Part shown: piece by piece, positions 38,511 through 48,224 of the stretch | How positions within the stretch are numbered: the first letter of the stretch is position 1 | Layout of the letters: each line of letters begins with the position of its first letter | From: Acidobacteriota bacterium | Lineage (GTDB): Bacteria; Acidobacteriota; Terriglobia; Bryobacterales; UBA6623 | DNA length: 64,000 nt | Direction: 5' to 3' | NCBI GenBank assembly: GCA_016125275.1 | Contig: WGMB01000003.1 | Span: forward strand, 1,155,896 to 1,219,895 | Position numbers and translations under genes: made by a program | The notes under the pieces: generated by a model | The model's input: the letters and a program-made list of their open reading frames with translations, nothing else | What the model was told of the DNA's origin: nothing | The model's database searches: none

Positions 38511-41500
38511 ATGTTCTTTACCGACCTCCGGGCGCAGGGATGGCTCGTTCGAGCCGTTCTGCTTTGCCTCTTGTCGCTCGGCCTGGCGCCGAGCCAAGCC
38601 GCCGCACAGATTCTCTACGGCGGCCTCATCGGCAACGTGACCGACGAGACCGGGGGCGCCATCCCCGGCGCGTCCGTGCTCATCACCCACGAACAGACCG
38701 GCGCGACGCGCGAGGCGCAGGCCAACGAGGCGGGCATCTATCGCTTCAACACCCTCACCAGCGGAACATACACCGTACAGGTGCAGGCCGACGGCTTTCG
38801 CTCGTTCTCGCAGACCGGCGTCGAAATCTCGGTCAACAACCTCACCCGCGTGGACGCGAGGATGCAGATCGGCCAAGTCAGCGAGCAGGTGACCGTCGAG
38901 GCCAGCGCCGTCCAGTTGCAGACCGATCGCGCCGAGGTCCGCCACGAGATCGACAAGAAGGCCCTCGACGCCGTGCCGGTGCCGCTGGGCCGCAACTACC
39001 AGATGCTGCTGGGGACCCTGCCCGGCTTCACCACGCCGCGCAACGCCCACTCCGTGCCGGCCAACCCTACGCGCTCGGTGCGCTACTCGGTCAACGGCAC
39101 CAGCGACATGAACAACAACGTGCGCATCGACGGCGTGACCGCCTACAACCCGAACCTGCCGCACATGACCGGCATCAATCCCACGCTCGAATCGATTGAA
39201 GTGGTCAACGTCGTCACCAACTCGTTCGACGCCGAGCAGGGACTGGCCGGCGGCGCCGCCATCAACCTGCAGATCAAGTCCGGCACCAACGAGGTGCACG
39301 GCTCCGCCTACCTCTACCACTTCGACCACAAGCTCGGCGCTTACCCCTACTTCAGCGACCGCTCGGCAGCCAAGCCGAAGTACATCTACAACCAGACCGG
39401 CGGCACGGTCGGCGGACCGATCAAGAAGAACAAGGCGTTCTTCTTCTTGAGCTACGAGCGCACCACCGAGAGGCAGCACGCCCAGCGGTTCCTGGACGTG
39501 CCCAGCGCCGCCATGCGCGTCGGCGACCTGTCAGGCTCGCCGACGGCGATCTACGACCCGTTCTCCGGCGCGGCGTTCAATGCCGCCAATCCCAACGCCT
39601 ACGCCAGGGACCGCAGCCCGTTCCCGAACAATCAGATTCCGCTGTCGCGCTTCTCCGGCCCCACGCAGAAGATTCTGGCGCTGCCGGATTGGCCTCTGCC
39701 CAATCAGCCCGGTCAAGGCTCGCTCGGGCTCAACCTCAACTACCTGGCGGCCATTAACTACATCTACAACCGCAACCAGATCGACTCCAAGGTCAACCTC
39801 AACCTGACGGAAAAGTGGACGTCGTTCTTCCGGCTGAGCTACCTGAACTACGGCACCGACAACCCGCCGGCGTTCGGAATTCTGGCCGGCCCGGCCGTAC
39901 ACCCCACCGACTCGCGGCCCGGCAACGGTTACGGCGGGACGTACTCCGGCACCTTCTCGACCACCTACGTCGCCAAGTCGAACCTGATCTTCGACGGCTA
40001 TTTCGGCACGATGCTGCTCGACACCAACGCGCTGTTCCCGGACATGGACCAGAACGTCGGCCGCGATATCCTCGGCATCCCGGGCACGAACGGCGACACC
40101 AGCTTCGCCGGCGGCCTCGGACGGATGCCGATCGACGGCTTCTCCCTATTGGGCAACGACAACAACTCGCCCTTCTTCGGCCGCGACTACCAGTATCAGT
40201 ACGTCGGCAACGGCAACTGGACCAAGGGCTCGCACGACGTGCGCTTCGGCGCGGACGTCTACCAGTTGAAGATCAACCAAGGCGTCGCCAACGCGGCCGG
40301 AGCGGTGGGCGGACCGGCAGGCGGCTTCCTGTTCCGCAACTCGACCACGGCCTTGCGCGGGGGCCCGGCGGCCAATGACTACAACGGCATCGCCTCGCTG
40401 CTGCTGGGGACGGCCCGCGAGTCCGGCCGCAACGTGCTCTCGGTGCCGGAGTACAACACCAGAGCCACCTTCTACAGCGCCTACCTGCGCGACCGTTGGC
40501 AGGTGACCCCGCGGCTGACGTTCTCTTACGGTCTGCGCTGGGAGTTCTACCCCTTCCCCGGCCGCACCACCCGCGGCCTGGAACGCTACGACTTCCAGAC
40601 CAACGAGTCCTTGCTGTGCGGCCTCGGCGACATCCCCCGCAACTGCGGGCTGCCGCAAAGCAAGACGCAGTTCGCGCCGCGCCTGGGGCTGGCTTGGCGC
40701 ATGACCGACACGTTGGTCATGCGAGCCGGCTACGGCATCACCTACGACCCGTTCAGCTTGGCGCGCGACCTCCGTGCGAACTACCCCATTCAGTTCGTGC
40801 AGAACCTGGCCTTCGACACCACCTGGTCCTACTCCACCACGCTCGACCAGGGACTGCCGGCCAGCGAGGTCGTACCCGAGCAGCCCCGCCTGCCGCTGCC
40901 GCTCACCGCGGCCTTCATCACCGCGGACGACAACTTCAAGCGCGGCTACGTGCAGTCCTGGAACTACACCATGGAGAAGCAGCTCAAGCAGTGGGTCGTC
41001 TCCGCCGGCTACGTCGCGACGCGCTCGGTGCGCCAGACGTCGTTCCTCAACGCCAACTGGGGCGATCTGGGCGGCGGACAGGCCAGCCAACAACTCGTCC
41101 AGCGCTTCGGCCGCAATGCCGCGACGACCTTCATCGGTCACCTGGGGACGCCGAAGTACGACTCCATGCAGTTGCGCGCGCAGCGGCGCTACCGCGGCGG
41201 CTACCAGATCCAGGCTTCTTATACCTGGAGCCATTCGCGAGGCTATACGGCCGAGGCCTCCACGGCCAGCCCCAAGGTGGGCCAGCCGACCTACTACGAC
41301 AAGAACTACGGCCCGACGCCCCTGGACGTGCGTCACAACGCCGTCATCAGCGGCGTGGTGGAGTTGCCCTTCGGCAAGGGCAAGGCCTTCGCCCAAACCG
41401 GCGTCGCCGCGGCGGTGCTGGGCGGCTGGCAGGTCAACGTGCTTTCACGCTTCAGCACCGGTACGCCGATCACGCCGACCGCACCCGCGACCACGCTCAA

Positions 41501-41888
41501 CGCGCCCGGCTCGTCGCAGTTCGCGGACTGCCTGGGCCCGGTCGCCAAGATCGGTGAACGCACCCAGTGGTGGGACCGCAGCAATCTGGCCAACCCCAAC
41601 TCGGTCGATCCGAACGTGGCCCGCTTCGGCACCTGCGGCACGGGCGTGCTGCGTTCGCCCGGCCTGATCAACTTCGACATGGGCGTATTCCGTCGGATCA
41701 ACGTCAACGAACGCGTCAACGTACAGATTCGCGGCGAGGCGTTCAACATCTCCAACACGCCGCACTTCGGCAACCCCAACGCGGACGTCTCGTCCGGCAA
41801 CTTCGGCTTGATCGGCTCGGTGCAGAACACCGGCCGGGAGGGCAACGATCAGCGCTTCTTCCGGGTCGGCGTGCGGATCGGATTCTGA
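38511..41888 (+). CDS. TonB-dependent receptor-like outer-membrane protein with N-terminal carboxypeptidase-regulatory-like domain
   Basis: GAGGAG Shine-Dalgarno; ATG 38511. Signal peptide. CarboxypepD_reg-like segment (…GAIPGASVLITHEQTGATREAQANEAGIYRFNTLTSGTYTV…). Long beta-barrel. C-terminal …RVGVRIGF. Confidence 0.75.
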   Translation: MFFTDLRAQGWLVRAVLLCLLSLGLAPSQAAAQILYGGLIGNVTDETGGAIPGASVLITHEQTGATREAQANEAGIYRFNTLTSGTYTVQVQADGFRSFSQTGVEISVNNLTRVDARMQIGQVSEQVTVEASAVQLQTDRAEVRHEIDKKALDAVPVPLGRNYQMLLGTLPGFTTPRNAHSVPANPTRSVRYSVNGTSDMNNNVRIDGVTAYNPNLPHMTGINPTLESIEVVNVVTNSFDAEQGLAGGAAINLQIKSGTNEVHGSAYLYHFDHKLGAYPYFSDRSAAKPKYIYNQTGGTVGGPIKKNKAFFFLSYERTTERQHAQRFLDVPSAAMRVGDLSGSPTAIYDPFSGAAFNAANPNAYARDRSPFPNNQIPLSRFSGPTQKILALPDWPLPNQPGQGSLGLNLNYLAAINYIYNRNQIDSKVNLNLTEKWTSFFRLSYLNYGTDNPPAFGILAGPAVHPTDSRPGNGYGGTYSGTFSTTYVAKSNLIFDGYFGTMLLDTNALFPDMDQNVGRDILGIPGTNGDTSFAGGLGRMPIDGFSLLGNDNNSPFFGRDYQYQYVGNGNWTKGSHDVRFGADVYQLKINQGVANAAGAVGGPAGGFLFRNSTTALRGGPAANDYNGIASLLLGTARESGRNVLSVPEYNTRATFYSAYLRDRWQVTPRLTFSYGLRWEFYPFPGRTTRGLERYDFQTNESLLCGLGDIPRNCGLPQSKTQFAPRLGLAWRMTDTLVMRAGYGITYDPFSLARDLRANYPIQFVQNLAFDTTWSYSTTLDQGLPASEVVPEQPRLPLPLTAAFITADDNFKRGYVQSWNYTMEKQLKQWVVSAGYVATRSVRQTSFLNANWGDLGGGQASQQLVQRFGRNAATTFIGHLGTPKYDSMQLRAQRRYRGGYQIQASYTWSHSRGYTAEASTASPKVGQPTYYDKNYGPTPLDVRHNAVISGVVELPFGKGKAFAQTGVAAAVLGGWQVNVLSRFSTGTPITPTAPATTLNAPGSSQFADCLGPVAKIGERTQWWDRSNLANPNSVDPNVARFGTCGTGVLRSPGLINFDMGVFRRINVNERVNVQIRGEAFNISNTPHFGNPNADVSSGNFGLIGSVQNTGREGNDQRFFRVGVRIGF

Positions 41889-41914
41889 CGCCGAACCAAA
41901 CGCCGAACCGCAGC

Positions 41915-41955
41915 GAGGGCCGCGTCCGCCAAAGGACGCGGCCCTCTTTCGTTTC
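41915..41955 (+). terminator. rho-independent terminator
   Basis: Perfect 13-bp stem GAGGGCCGCGTCC / GGACGCGGCCCTC with loop GCCAAA, followed by TTTCGTTTC. Starts 27 nt after the stop of the receptor gene. Confidence 0.75.
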
Positions 41956-41994
41956 AGGCGCTTCCGCGCGCTGCTGCGCTACAGTCAGAAGTCT

Positions 41995-44067
41995 ATGCTG
42001 CGGAAATTCGCGGGCGCGCTGGCGCTGACGGTGTTGGCTGCCACGGCCCAGACTCCGCCCCCCGAACAGCCGGGTCCGGGTTCCAGCGGCCCCCGTCCGT
42101 TCGACTTCTTCGCCCTCTCCCGGATCGCCCGTGTCTCCGACCCGCAGCTCTCCCCCGACGGCGCCTTCGTGGCCTTCGTCGCCGAGCGCGTGCTGCTGAC
42201 CGAGAACTCCACGGTCAAGCAGATCTACGTCGTGCCCGCCGGCGGGGGCGATCCCAAGCAGCTTACCTTCGAGGGCGAATCCAACCGCCAGCCGCGCTGG
42301 TCGCCCGACTCCCAACGCATCTTCTATCTCTCGGACCGCTCCGGCTCCGGCCAGATCTGGGCCATGGATTCGGCCGGTCTCGGCGCCGCCCAGATCTCGA
42401 ACCTCTCCGTCGATGTGACGTCCTTCGCCGTGTCTCCGACCGGCGACCGGCTGGTCTACGCCGCGCGAGTCTTCCCGGAGTGCCGCGCCGACGACGCCTG
42501 CAACGCGCGCCGCCTCGAGCAAGCCGAGAACAATCCCGTCAAGGCCAGGGTGTACGACGGCCTGCTCTACCGCCACTGGGACGAATGGCAGGACGACCGC
42601 CGCAGCCATCTGTTCTCTTGGGCTTTCGCCGAGGATGGCGCCGAGGCGATCGACCTGACGCCCGGCCACTTGGACGCGCCGCCCTTCACCCACGGCGGCC
42701 CGGACTCCTACGCCATCTCGCCCGACGGCCTGGAGGTCTGCTTCACCCGCTCCGCCGACGACGGCCGCCCGGCGCAGTCCACCAACACCGACCTGTTCGT
42801 GACGCCTATCGACGGCTCCGAAACGCCTCGCGCCATCACCGAGAACCCTGCCGCCGACGCCTCTCCGCGCTATTCGCCCGACGGCCGCTACCTGGCCTAC
42901 CGCCGCCAATTGCGGCCGGGCTACGAGAGCGACCGCTTCCGGCTGAGCGTCTATGACCGCGCCAGCGGCGAGGTCGAGAACCGCTCGGAGTCGCTCGACC
43001 GCCCGATCACCTCCATCACGTGGTCGCCGGACTCGTCGCGGCTGTTCTTCACCGCCGAGGACCGCGGCCGCGAACCGATCTTCACCGTAGCCGCCTCCGG
43101 CGGGCCGATCCGCATGGCCGTCTACGGCGACGCCTCGCACGACGGCGTGCAACTGCTGCCCGACGGGCAGTCGATGATCTACGTGGCCGAGAGCCTTTCG
43201 CAGCCGGCGGAGATCTACCGCGGCTTCTCCTCCGGCGGAGCGCCGCAGCAGCTCACCCACCTCAACCGCGACGTCTTCGAGCGCTTTCAGCTCGGCGATG
43301 TGGAAGAGATCACCTACGACGGGACGTCGGACAAGATCTCAGCCTTCCTGGTAAAGCCTCCGGGCTTCAAGCTGGACCAGCGCTATCCCTTGCTGCTGTT
43401 CATTCATGGCGGCCCGCAGGGCGCCTGGTCGCAGTCCTGGAGCTACCGCTGGAACCCGCAGGTGTTCGCCGGCGCGGGCTACGTGGTGCTGCTGCCCAAC
43501 CCACGCGGCTCCACCGGCTACGGACAGTCCTTCACCGACCGCATCCGCGGCGACTGGGGCGAAGGGCCTTTCTCAGACCTGATGGCCGGCGTGGACGCCG
43601 TGATCGCCCGTCCCTACGTGGACGCCACCCGGCTGGCGGCGGCCGGCGGCTCCTACGGGGGCTACATGGTCAACTGGACGCTGGGGCACACCAACCGTTT
43701 CCGGGCGCTGGTCTCGCACGCCGGCCTGTATGACCTGCCGAGCTTCTTCGGCGCCACCGAGGAGCTGTGGTTCCCCCTGTGGGATCTGCGCGGCGCGCCC
43801 TGGGACCAGCCGGATCTCTACCAGACCCTTTCGCCGAGCCACTATGTGGACCAGTTCAAGACGCCGACGCTGGTGATTCACGGGCAGCAGGATTTCCGCG
43901 TGCCGGTCGAGCAGGGCATGCAACTGTTCACTGCGCTCCAAACGCACGACGTGCCGTCGAAGCTGCTGTACTACCCCGACGAAGGCCACTGGGTGCTGAG
44001 CCCGCGCAACAGTCAACTCTGGCACCAGACCACGCTGGACTGGCTGAACCAGTGGACCAAACCGTAA
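41995..44067 (+). CDS. S9-family serine peptidase (prolyl oligopeptidase/acylaminoacyl-peptidase type) with N-terminal beta-propeller
   Basis: Signal peptide. TolB-like propeller repeats. C-terminal alpha/beta-hydrolase domain with GGSYGGYM nucleophile elbow and …DEGHW…. Confidence 0.85.
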   Translation: MLRKFAGALALTVLAATAQTPPPEQPGPGSSGPRPFDFFALSRIARVSDPQLSPDGAFVAFVAERVLLTENSTVKQIYVVPAGGGDPKQLTFEGESNRQPRWSPDSQRIFYLSDRSGSGQIWAMDSAGLGAAQISNLSVDVTSFAVSPTGDRLVYAARVFPECRADDACNARRLEQAENNPVKARVYDGLLYRHWDEWQDDRRSHLFSWAFAEDGAEAIDLTPGHLDAPPFTHGGPDSYAISPDGLEVCFTRSADDGRPAQSTNTDLFVTPIDGSETPRAITENPAADASPRYSPDGRYLAYRRQLRPGYESDRFRLSVYDRASGEVENRSESLDRPITSITWSPDSSRLFFTAEDRGREPIFTVAASGGPIRMAVYGDASHDGVQLLPDGQSMIYVAESLSQPAEIYRGFSSGGAPQQLTHLNRDVFERFQLGDVEEITYDGTSDKISAFLVKPPGFKLDQRYPLLLFIHGGPQGAWSQSWSYRWNPQVFAGAGYVVLLPNPRGSTGYGQSFTDRIRGDWGEGPFSDLMAGVDAVIARPYVDATRLAAAGGSYGGYMVNWTLGHTNRFRALVSHAGLYDLPSFFGATEELWFPLWDLRGAPWDQPDLYQTLSPSHYVDQFKTPTLVIHGQQDFRVPVEQGMQLFTALQTHDVPSKLLYYPDEGHWVLSPRNSQLWHQTTLDWLNQWTKP

Positions 44068-44095
44068 ACCGGACCTTCTCGTCGGGCCGGGAGCC

Positions 44096-44782
44096 TCACC
44101 AGCCCCGTGACCGCATCCGTTCGCGGATGATCGCCGAGTACTCGTTCATCCGCGAGGGCTTGCGCGACCGTGGCGCGGGGATACAGGCCGCCAACCGCGC
44201 CGCCTCCTCCCGGCTCAGCTTGCTCGCCGGCTTGCCGTAGTGATACTCCGACGCCGCCTCGGCGCCCCAAACGCCCGGCCCCCACTCGATCACGTTCAGG
44301 TAGATCTCCAGGATGCGGTCCTTCGGCAGAATGGCCTCGGCCGGAAACACCAAAGCCAACTCCAAGACCTTGCGAACCGGCGAGCGACTGGTCGTCAGGA
44401 ACAGGTTCTTCACCAGTTGCTGCGAAATGGTCGAGCCGCCGCGAAAACGTTCGCCCTCGCGAGCTTCTTCCACCACCAGCCGGATCTCCGCCCAGTCGAC
44501 GCCGTGGTGGGCGTAGAAAGCCCCGTCCTCGGCGGCGATCACGGCGTGCTGGAAGTCCAGGGGAATCTCCGATAGCTTCACCTGCCGCTGCTTGGGCTCG
44601 TAGTCGGCGCCGGAGACCAGCGCCTGCAGGCGGCGCTCGATCTGCACGCCCGTGATCGGCGGATCCCACACGCGGTAGGCGAACAGCAGTGCGACGCACA
44701 GCACGTAGTACCCCACGACCGCCACTAGCAGCGCCCGCACGATCCGGACCAGCAGACCTCTCTTGCGTGTCGGACGCCGCAT
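44096..44782 (-). CDS. mtgA: monofunctional biosynthetic peptidoglycan transglycosylase
   Basis: 228 aa from ATG 44782. TM anchor. EDGAFYAHHGVD and GGSTISQQLVKN are GT51 motifs. Confidence 0.8.
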   Translation of the reverse strand: MRRPTRKRGLLVRIVRALLVAVVGYYVLCVALLFAYRVWDPPITGVQIERRLQALVSGADYEPKQRQVKLSEIPLDFQHAVIAAEDGAFYAHHGVDWAEIRLVVEEAREGERFRGGSTISQQLVKNLFLTTSRSPVRKVLELALVFPAEAILPKDRILEIYLNVIEWGPGVWGAEAASEYHYGKPASKLSREEAARLAACIPAPRSRKPSRMNEYSAIIRERMRSRGW

Positions 44783-44913
44783 TCCGCCATTGTCGTCCAA
44801 AAGGCCGCCGCCGGCAGGCGCTCGCAGCGAGATGGCGCTGTCACCGGGGAAAGCGATCGCCTCTACGCCGCCCTCCTGCAAAAGCCAACAGAAACAACCA
44901 CAATGAGCGAGCG

Positions 44914-47451
44914 GTGCGGACGCTGCTGGACCTTTGGACGCGAATCGACGCCCTGGGAGGGCGACAAGCCGTCGTCCGGCGCACCGCCTATCGCCGCCAC
45001 GAGGTCGACTACCGGCGGCTGACCGCCGGCGCCCGCGCCTTTGCCGTGGAGCTCGACCGCCGCGGCTTCGAGCCCGGCGACCGCGCGCTGCTGTGGGGCG
45101 AGAACCGCGCCGAGTGGCTGATGGCGTTTTGGGGCTGCCTGCTGCGCGGCGTAGTCGTCGTCCCAGTGGACTTCCGGTCCTCGCCCGAGCTGGTTCGGCG
45201 CATCCTGGCGCAGTCCTCCCCCAAGCTGGCCCTCTACGGCGAAGAGGTCGACCCGCAGGCCTTGCCGGAAGCCCTGCGCAGCCCCCTTTCGGCGCTGGAC
45301 GAGCTCGAGCCCCCGCAACGCTTCGAGCCCCGGCCGGCGAGCCCCGACGACGTCGTCGAGATCGTCTTCACCTCCGGCTCCACCAGCGACCCGCGCGGCG
45401 TGGTCCACCGCCACGGCAACATCGCCGCCAACCTGCACGGCGTCGCCCGCGAGATCGACCGCTATCGCTGGGCCCTGCGCCCTTTCCAGCCCATCCGCAT
45501 CCTCGACCTGCTGCCGCTGAGCCATCTGTTCGGCCAAACCCTCGGCGTCTTCCTGCCTCCGCTGCTGGGCGGTTCGGTCGTCTTCACCAGCGAGCTCGGC
45601 GGCGACGCCCTGCTGGACGCCTTGCGCCAGGAACGCGTCTCGACGCTGGTCGGCGTGCCGGCGATCCTGCAAGGCCTGCGAGAGAGGATCAGTCAGGAGC
45701 TGGACGAGCCGCCGCAGCCCCCCCGGCGCACGGGCTGGGCCGCCGTGCCGGAGCTCTGGTGGCGCTACCGAGCGATCCATCGGCTCACCGGCTGGAAGTT
45801 CTGGGCCTTCGTCATCGGCGGAGCGAGCCTGGACGAGGAGCTCGAGCTCTACTGGCGGCGGCTCGGGTTCGCCGTCGTGCAAGGCTACGGCCTCACCGAG
45901 GCCAGCCCGGTGGTGTCGCTCAACCATCCGCTCTCCACCAAGCCCGGCTGCCTGGGATTGCCCCTTCCGGGGCAGCAGGTGCGCATCGCGCCCGACGGCG
46001 AGATCCTCGTCCGGGGGCCCAGCGTCGCCAGCGAGTACTACGGCGGCTCGCGGGGTTCCGCAGGCGGAACCCATTTCGAGGGTGGCTGGCTGCACACCGG
46101 CGACCTCGGCGCGCTCGACGCCGAGGGCAGGCTCTACTACCGGGGCCGCAAGCGTGACCGCATCGTCCGCCCGGACGGCTTGAACGTCTACCCCGGCGAC
46201 GTCGAAAAGGTTCTCCGGGCCGAGCCCGCCGTGCTGGAATGCGTGGTGCTCGACCCCGGCGGCGGCCGCGTGCACGCCGCCCTGGCGTTGCGGGACGGCG
46301 CCGACCCGGTGGAACTGGTCCGCCGCGTCAACGCCGGCCTGGAGGCGCCCCAGCGCCTACAGGAATGGTCGCTGTGGCGCCCCGACGAGCTCCCGCGCAC
46401 CGCCTCCACCCTCAAGATCCGCCGCGGCGAGTTGGCCGACCTGCTGGCTGCGCGGCGCGGCGAGAGCCCGGCTGCGCCCAGTCAAGACCCGCTCGAAACG
46501 CTGCTCGGTCGGGACCTGCCGACCCAATCCGACGACCTGCGGCTGGACGAGGATCTGGGCTTCAGCTCCCTGGAACGGCTCGAGCTGCAGGCCCGCGTGG
46601 AGGAAGCCGGCGGACGCCGTCTCGATGAGGAGAGCGTAGCCGCCCTGCGAACCGTGGGCGACCTGCGCCGGCTGGCAGCCAAGCCCGCCGCGGCGCCGTC
46701 CGGCCCGCGCAAGACCGCCCCAGGCTTTCTGCTCGAGCCCCGCTGGTCGCGCTCGGCGCCCGTGCGGGCTTTTCGGGCCGCCGCGCTGGACTGGGCCGTC
46801 CTGCCGCTGGCCGCCAAGCTGCTGTTGCTGCGCGTCCAAGGCCTGGACAACCTGGCCGAGCTCGACGGCGCCCCGGCGCTGTTCGCCGCCAACCACGCCA
46901 GCCACTTCGATACCGCCGCGCTCTACATGGCCTTGCCGCCGGCCCGACGGCGCCGCATCGCCCCGGCCATGTCGCAGGACTTCTTCCGAGGCCTGTTCGA
47001 TCCGGAAGGGCGAGACTGGCGCGAGCGCGTCCCGGACACCGCCGGCTACTTGGCCGCCCTCACGCTGTTCAACGCCTTCCCCCTGCCGCAGAAGATGACC
47101 GGCGTCCGCCGCGCCCTGCGCTACGCCGGCGAGCTGGTCGACAGCGGCTACAGTCTGCTGATCTACCCCGAGGGGACGCGCTCGCCCGACGGCGCCGTCG
47201 GCCCTTACCGTCCCGGCGTCGGCCTGCTGGCCCTGGAGCTGGGTCTGCCGGTCGTCCCCGTCCGTCTCGACGGGCTCTTCGAGGTCTACAACCAGTTCGA
47301 CGACGCCCCCCGCCGCGGTCCCGTCAGCGTCGCCTTCGGCCGTCCGCTGCGCTTCGCGCCGCACGATCAGCCGGCCGCCATCGCCGACCGCGTGCGCCGC
47401 GAAACCCTCGCCCTGCCGGGCCTCGACGGGTTTCCGCCGGCGGCGCCGTAG
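44914..47451 (+). CDS. three-domain fusion: acyl-AMP/acyl-CoA ligase (AMP-binding) + carrier-protein-like segment + C-terminal lysophospholipid acyltransferase (PlsC/LPLAT)
   Basis: AMP-binding motifs (TSGSTSDPRGVVHRH; YGLTE; GWLHTGDLG…YRGRKRD). Middle …DEDLGFSSLERLELQARVEE… resembles a phosphopantetheine-attachment site. C-terminal NHASHFDT (HxxxxD) and YPEGTRS (PEGTR) acyltransferase motifs. Start set at in-frame GTG 44914; the track ORF extends upstream over mtgA. Confidence 0.7.
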   Translation: MRTLLDLWTRIDALGGRQAVVRRTAYRRHEVDYRRLTAGARAFAVELDRRGFEPGDRALLWGENRAEWLMAFWGCLLRGVVVVPVDFRSSPELVRRILAQSSPKLALYGEEVDPQALPEALRSPLSALDELEPPQRFEPRPASPDDVVEIVFTSGSTSDPRGVVHRHGNIAANLHGVAREIDRYRWALRPFQPIRILDLLPLSHLFGQTLGVFLPPLLGGSVVFTSELGGDALLDALRQERVSTLVGVPAILQGLRERISQELDEPPQPPRRTGWAAVPELWWRYRAIHRLTGWKFWAFVIGGASLDEELELYWRRLGFAVVQGYGLTEASPVVSLNHPLSTKPGCLGLPLPGQQVRIAPDGEILVRGPSVASEYYGGSRGSAGGTHFEGGWLHTGDLGALDAEGRLYYRGRKRDRIVRPDGLNVYPGDVEKVLRAEPAVLECVVLDPGGGRVHAALALRDGADPVELVRRVNAGLEAPQRLQEWSLWRPDELPRTASTLKIRRGELADLLAARRGESPAAPSQDPLETLLGRDLPTQSDDLRLDEDLGFSSLERLELQARVEEAGGRRLDEESVAALRTVGDLRRLAAKPAAAPSGPRKTAPGFLLEPRWSRSAPVRAFRAAALDWAVLPLAAKLLLLRVQGLDNLAELDGAPALFAANHASHFDTAALYMALPPARRRRIAPAMSQDFFRGLFDPEGRDWRERVPDTAGYLAALTLFNAFPLPQKMTGVRRALRYAGELVDSGYSLLIYPEGTRSPDGAVGPYRPGVGLLALELGLPVVPVRLDGLFEVYNQFDDAPRRGPVSVAFGRPLRFAPHDQPAAIADRVRRETLALPGLDGFPPAAP

Positions 47452-47528
47452 GGGAAACGAAACCCGTCCGACGCGTTTCCCGCCGGTCGAGAATCGGCCC
47501 CCCGGGATATACTGAGGGTGTCGCCGGT

Positions 47529-48224
47529 ATGCCCAAGCACATACTCGTCATTGAAGATGACGGCGATCTCTGTACATTGCTCGAGTACAACCTCAGCCGC
47601 GCCGGCTACGAGGTGACCATTCGGCGGAAGTTGCAGGGAGCCTTCGACCTGGTCGTTGACAAGTCGCCGGACCTGCTGATTTTGGATGTAATGCTGCCGG
47701 ACGGCGACGGCTTCGACTTCTGCCGGGAGCTGCGCTCGAACCCCCGTACGGAGTCCCTCCCCATCCTGTTCCTGACGGCTCGCAGCCAAGAAGTCGACCG
47801 TGTGTTGGGGCTCGAGATCGGCGGCGACGACTACGTCACCAAGCCCTTCAGTCCCCGTGAGTTGCTGGCGCGCGTGAAGGCTCGCCTGCGGGCGCCGGCC
47901 GCGGCGGTCTCGCAAGCGGGGAGCACCGAGGTCGGGCCGTTGAGCATCGACGTGGCCTCGCGCAAGGCCTCGCTGCGGGGCGAGCCCATCGCGCTCACCG
48001 CCACTGAGTTCCGCCTGCTCGAGTTCTTCCTGTCGAACCCCGGCCGCGTCTACAGTCGCGAGCAGTTGCTGCGCTCGATCTGGGGCGAGGGCTGCCACGT
48101 CACGCCGCGCAACGTCGACGTCCACATTCGCCGCCTGCGCGAACGCATCGAAGACAAGCCCGACAGCCCCAAGTGGATCCAGACCGTGCGCGGCTTCGGC
48201 TACCGCTTCGAATCCCCGGCATGA
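47529..48224 (+). CDS. OmpR/PhoB-family response regulator
   Basis: Receiver domain (IEDDGDL; LLILDVMLPDGDG) plus winged-helix C-terminus (…RGFGYRF). Confidence 0.85.
   Translation: MPKHILVIEDDGDLCTLLEYNLSRAGYEVTIRRKLQGAFDLVVDKSPDLLILDVMLPDGDGFDFCRELRSNPRTESLPILFLTARSQEVDRVLGLEIGGDDYVTKPFSPRELLARVKARLRAPAAAVSQAGSTEVGPLSIDVASRKASLRGEPIALTATEFRLLEFFLSNPGRVYSREQLLRSIWGEGCHVTPRNVDVHIRRLRERIEDKPDSPKWIQTVRGFGYRFESPA

Noticed and set aside
44689-44913. Upstream 75 codons of the 920-aa track ORF
   Set aside because: Overlaps the mtgA coding region and start on the opposite strand. The AMP-ligase homology begins near GTG 44914.
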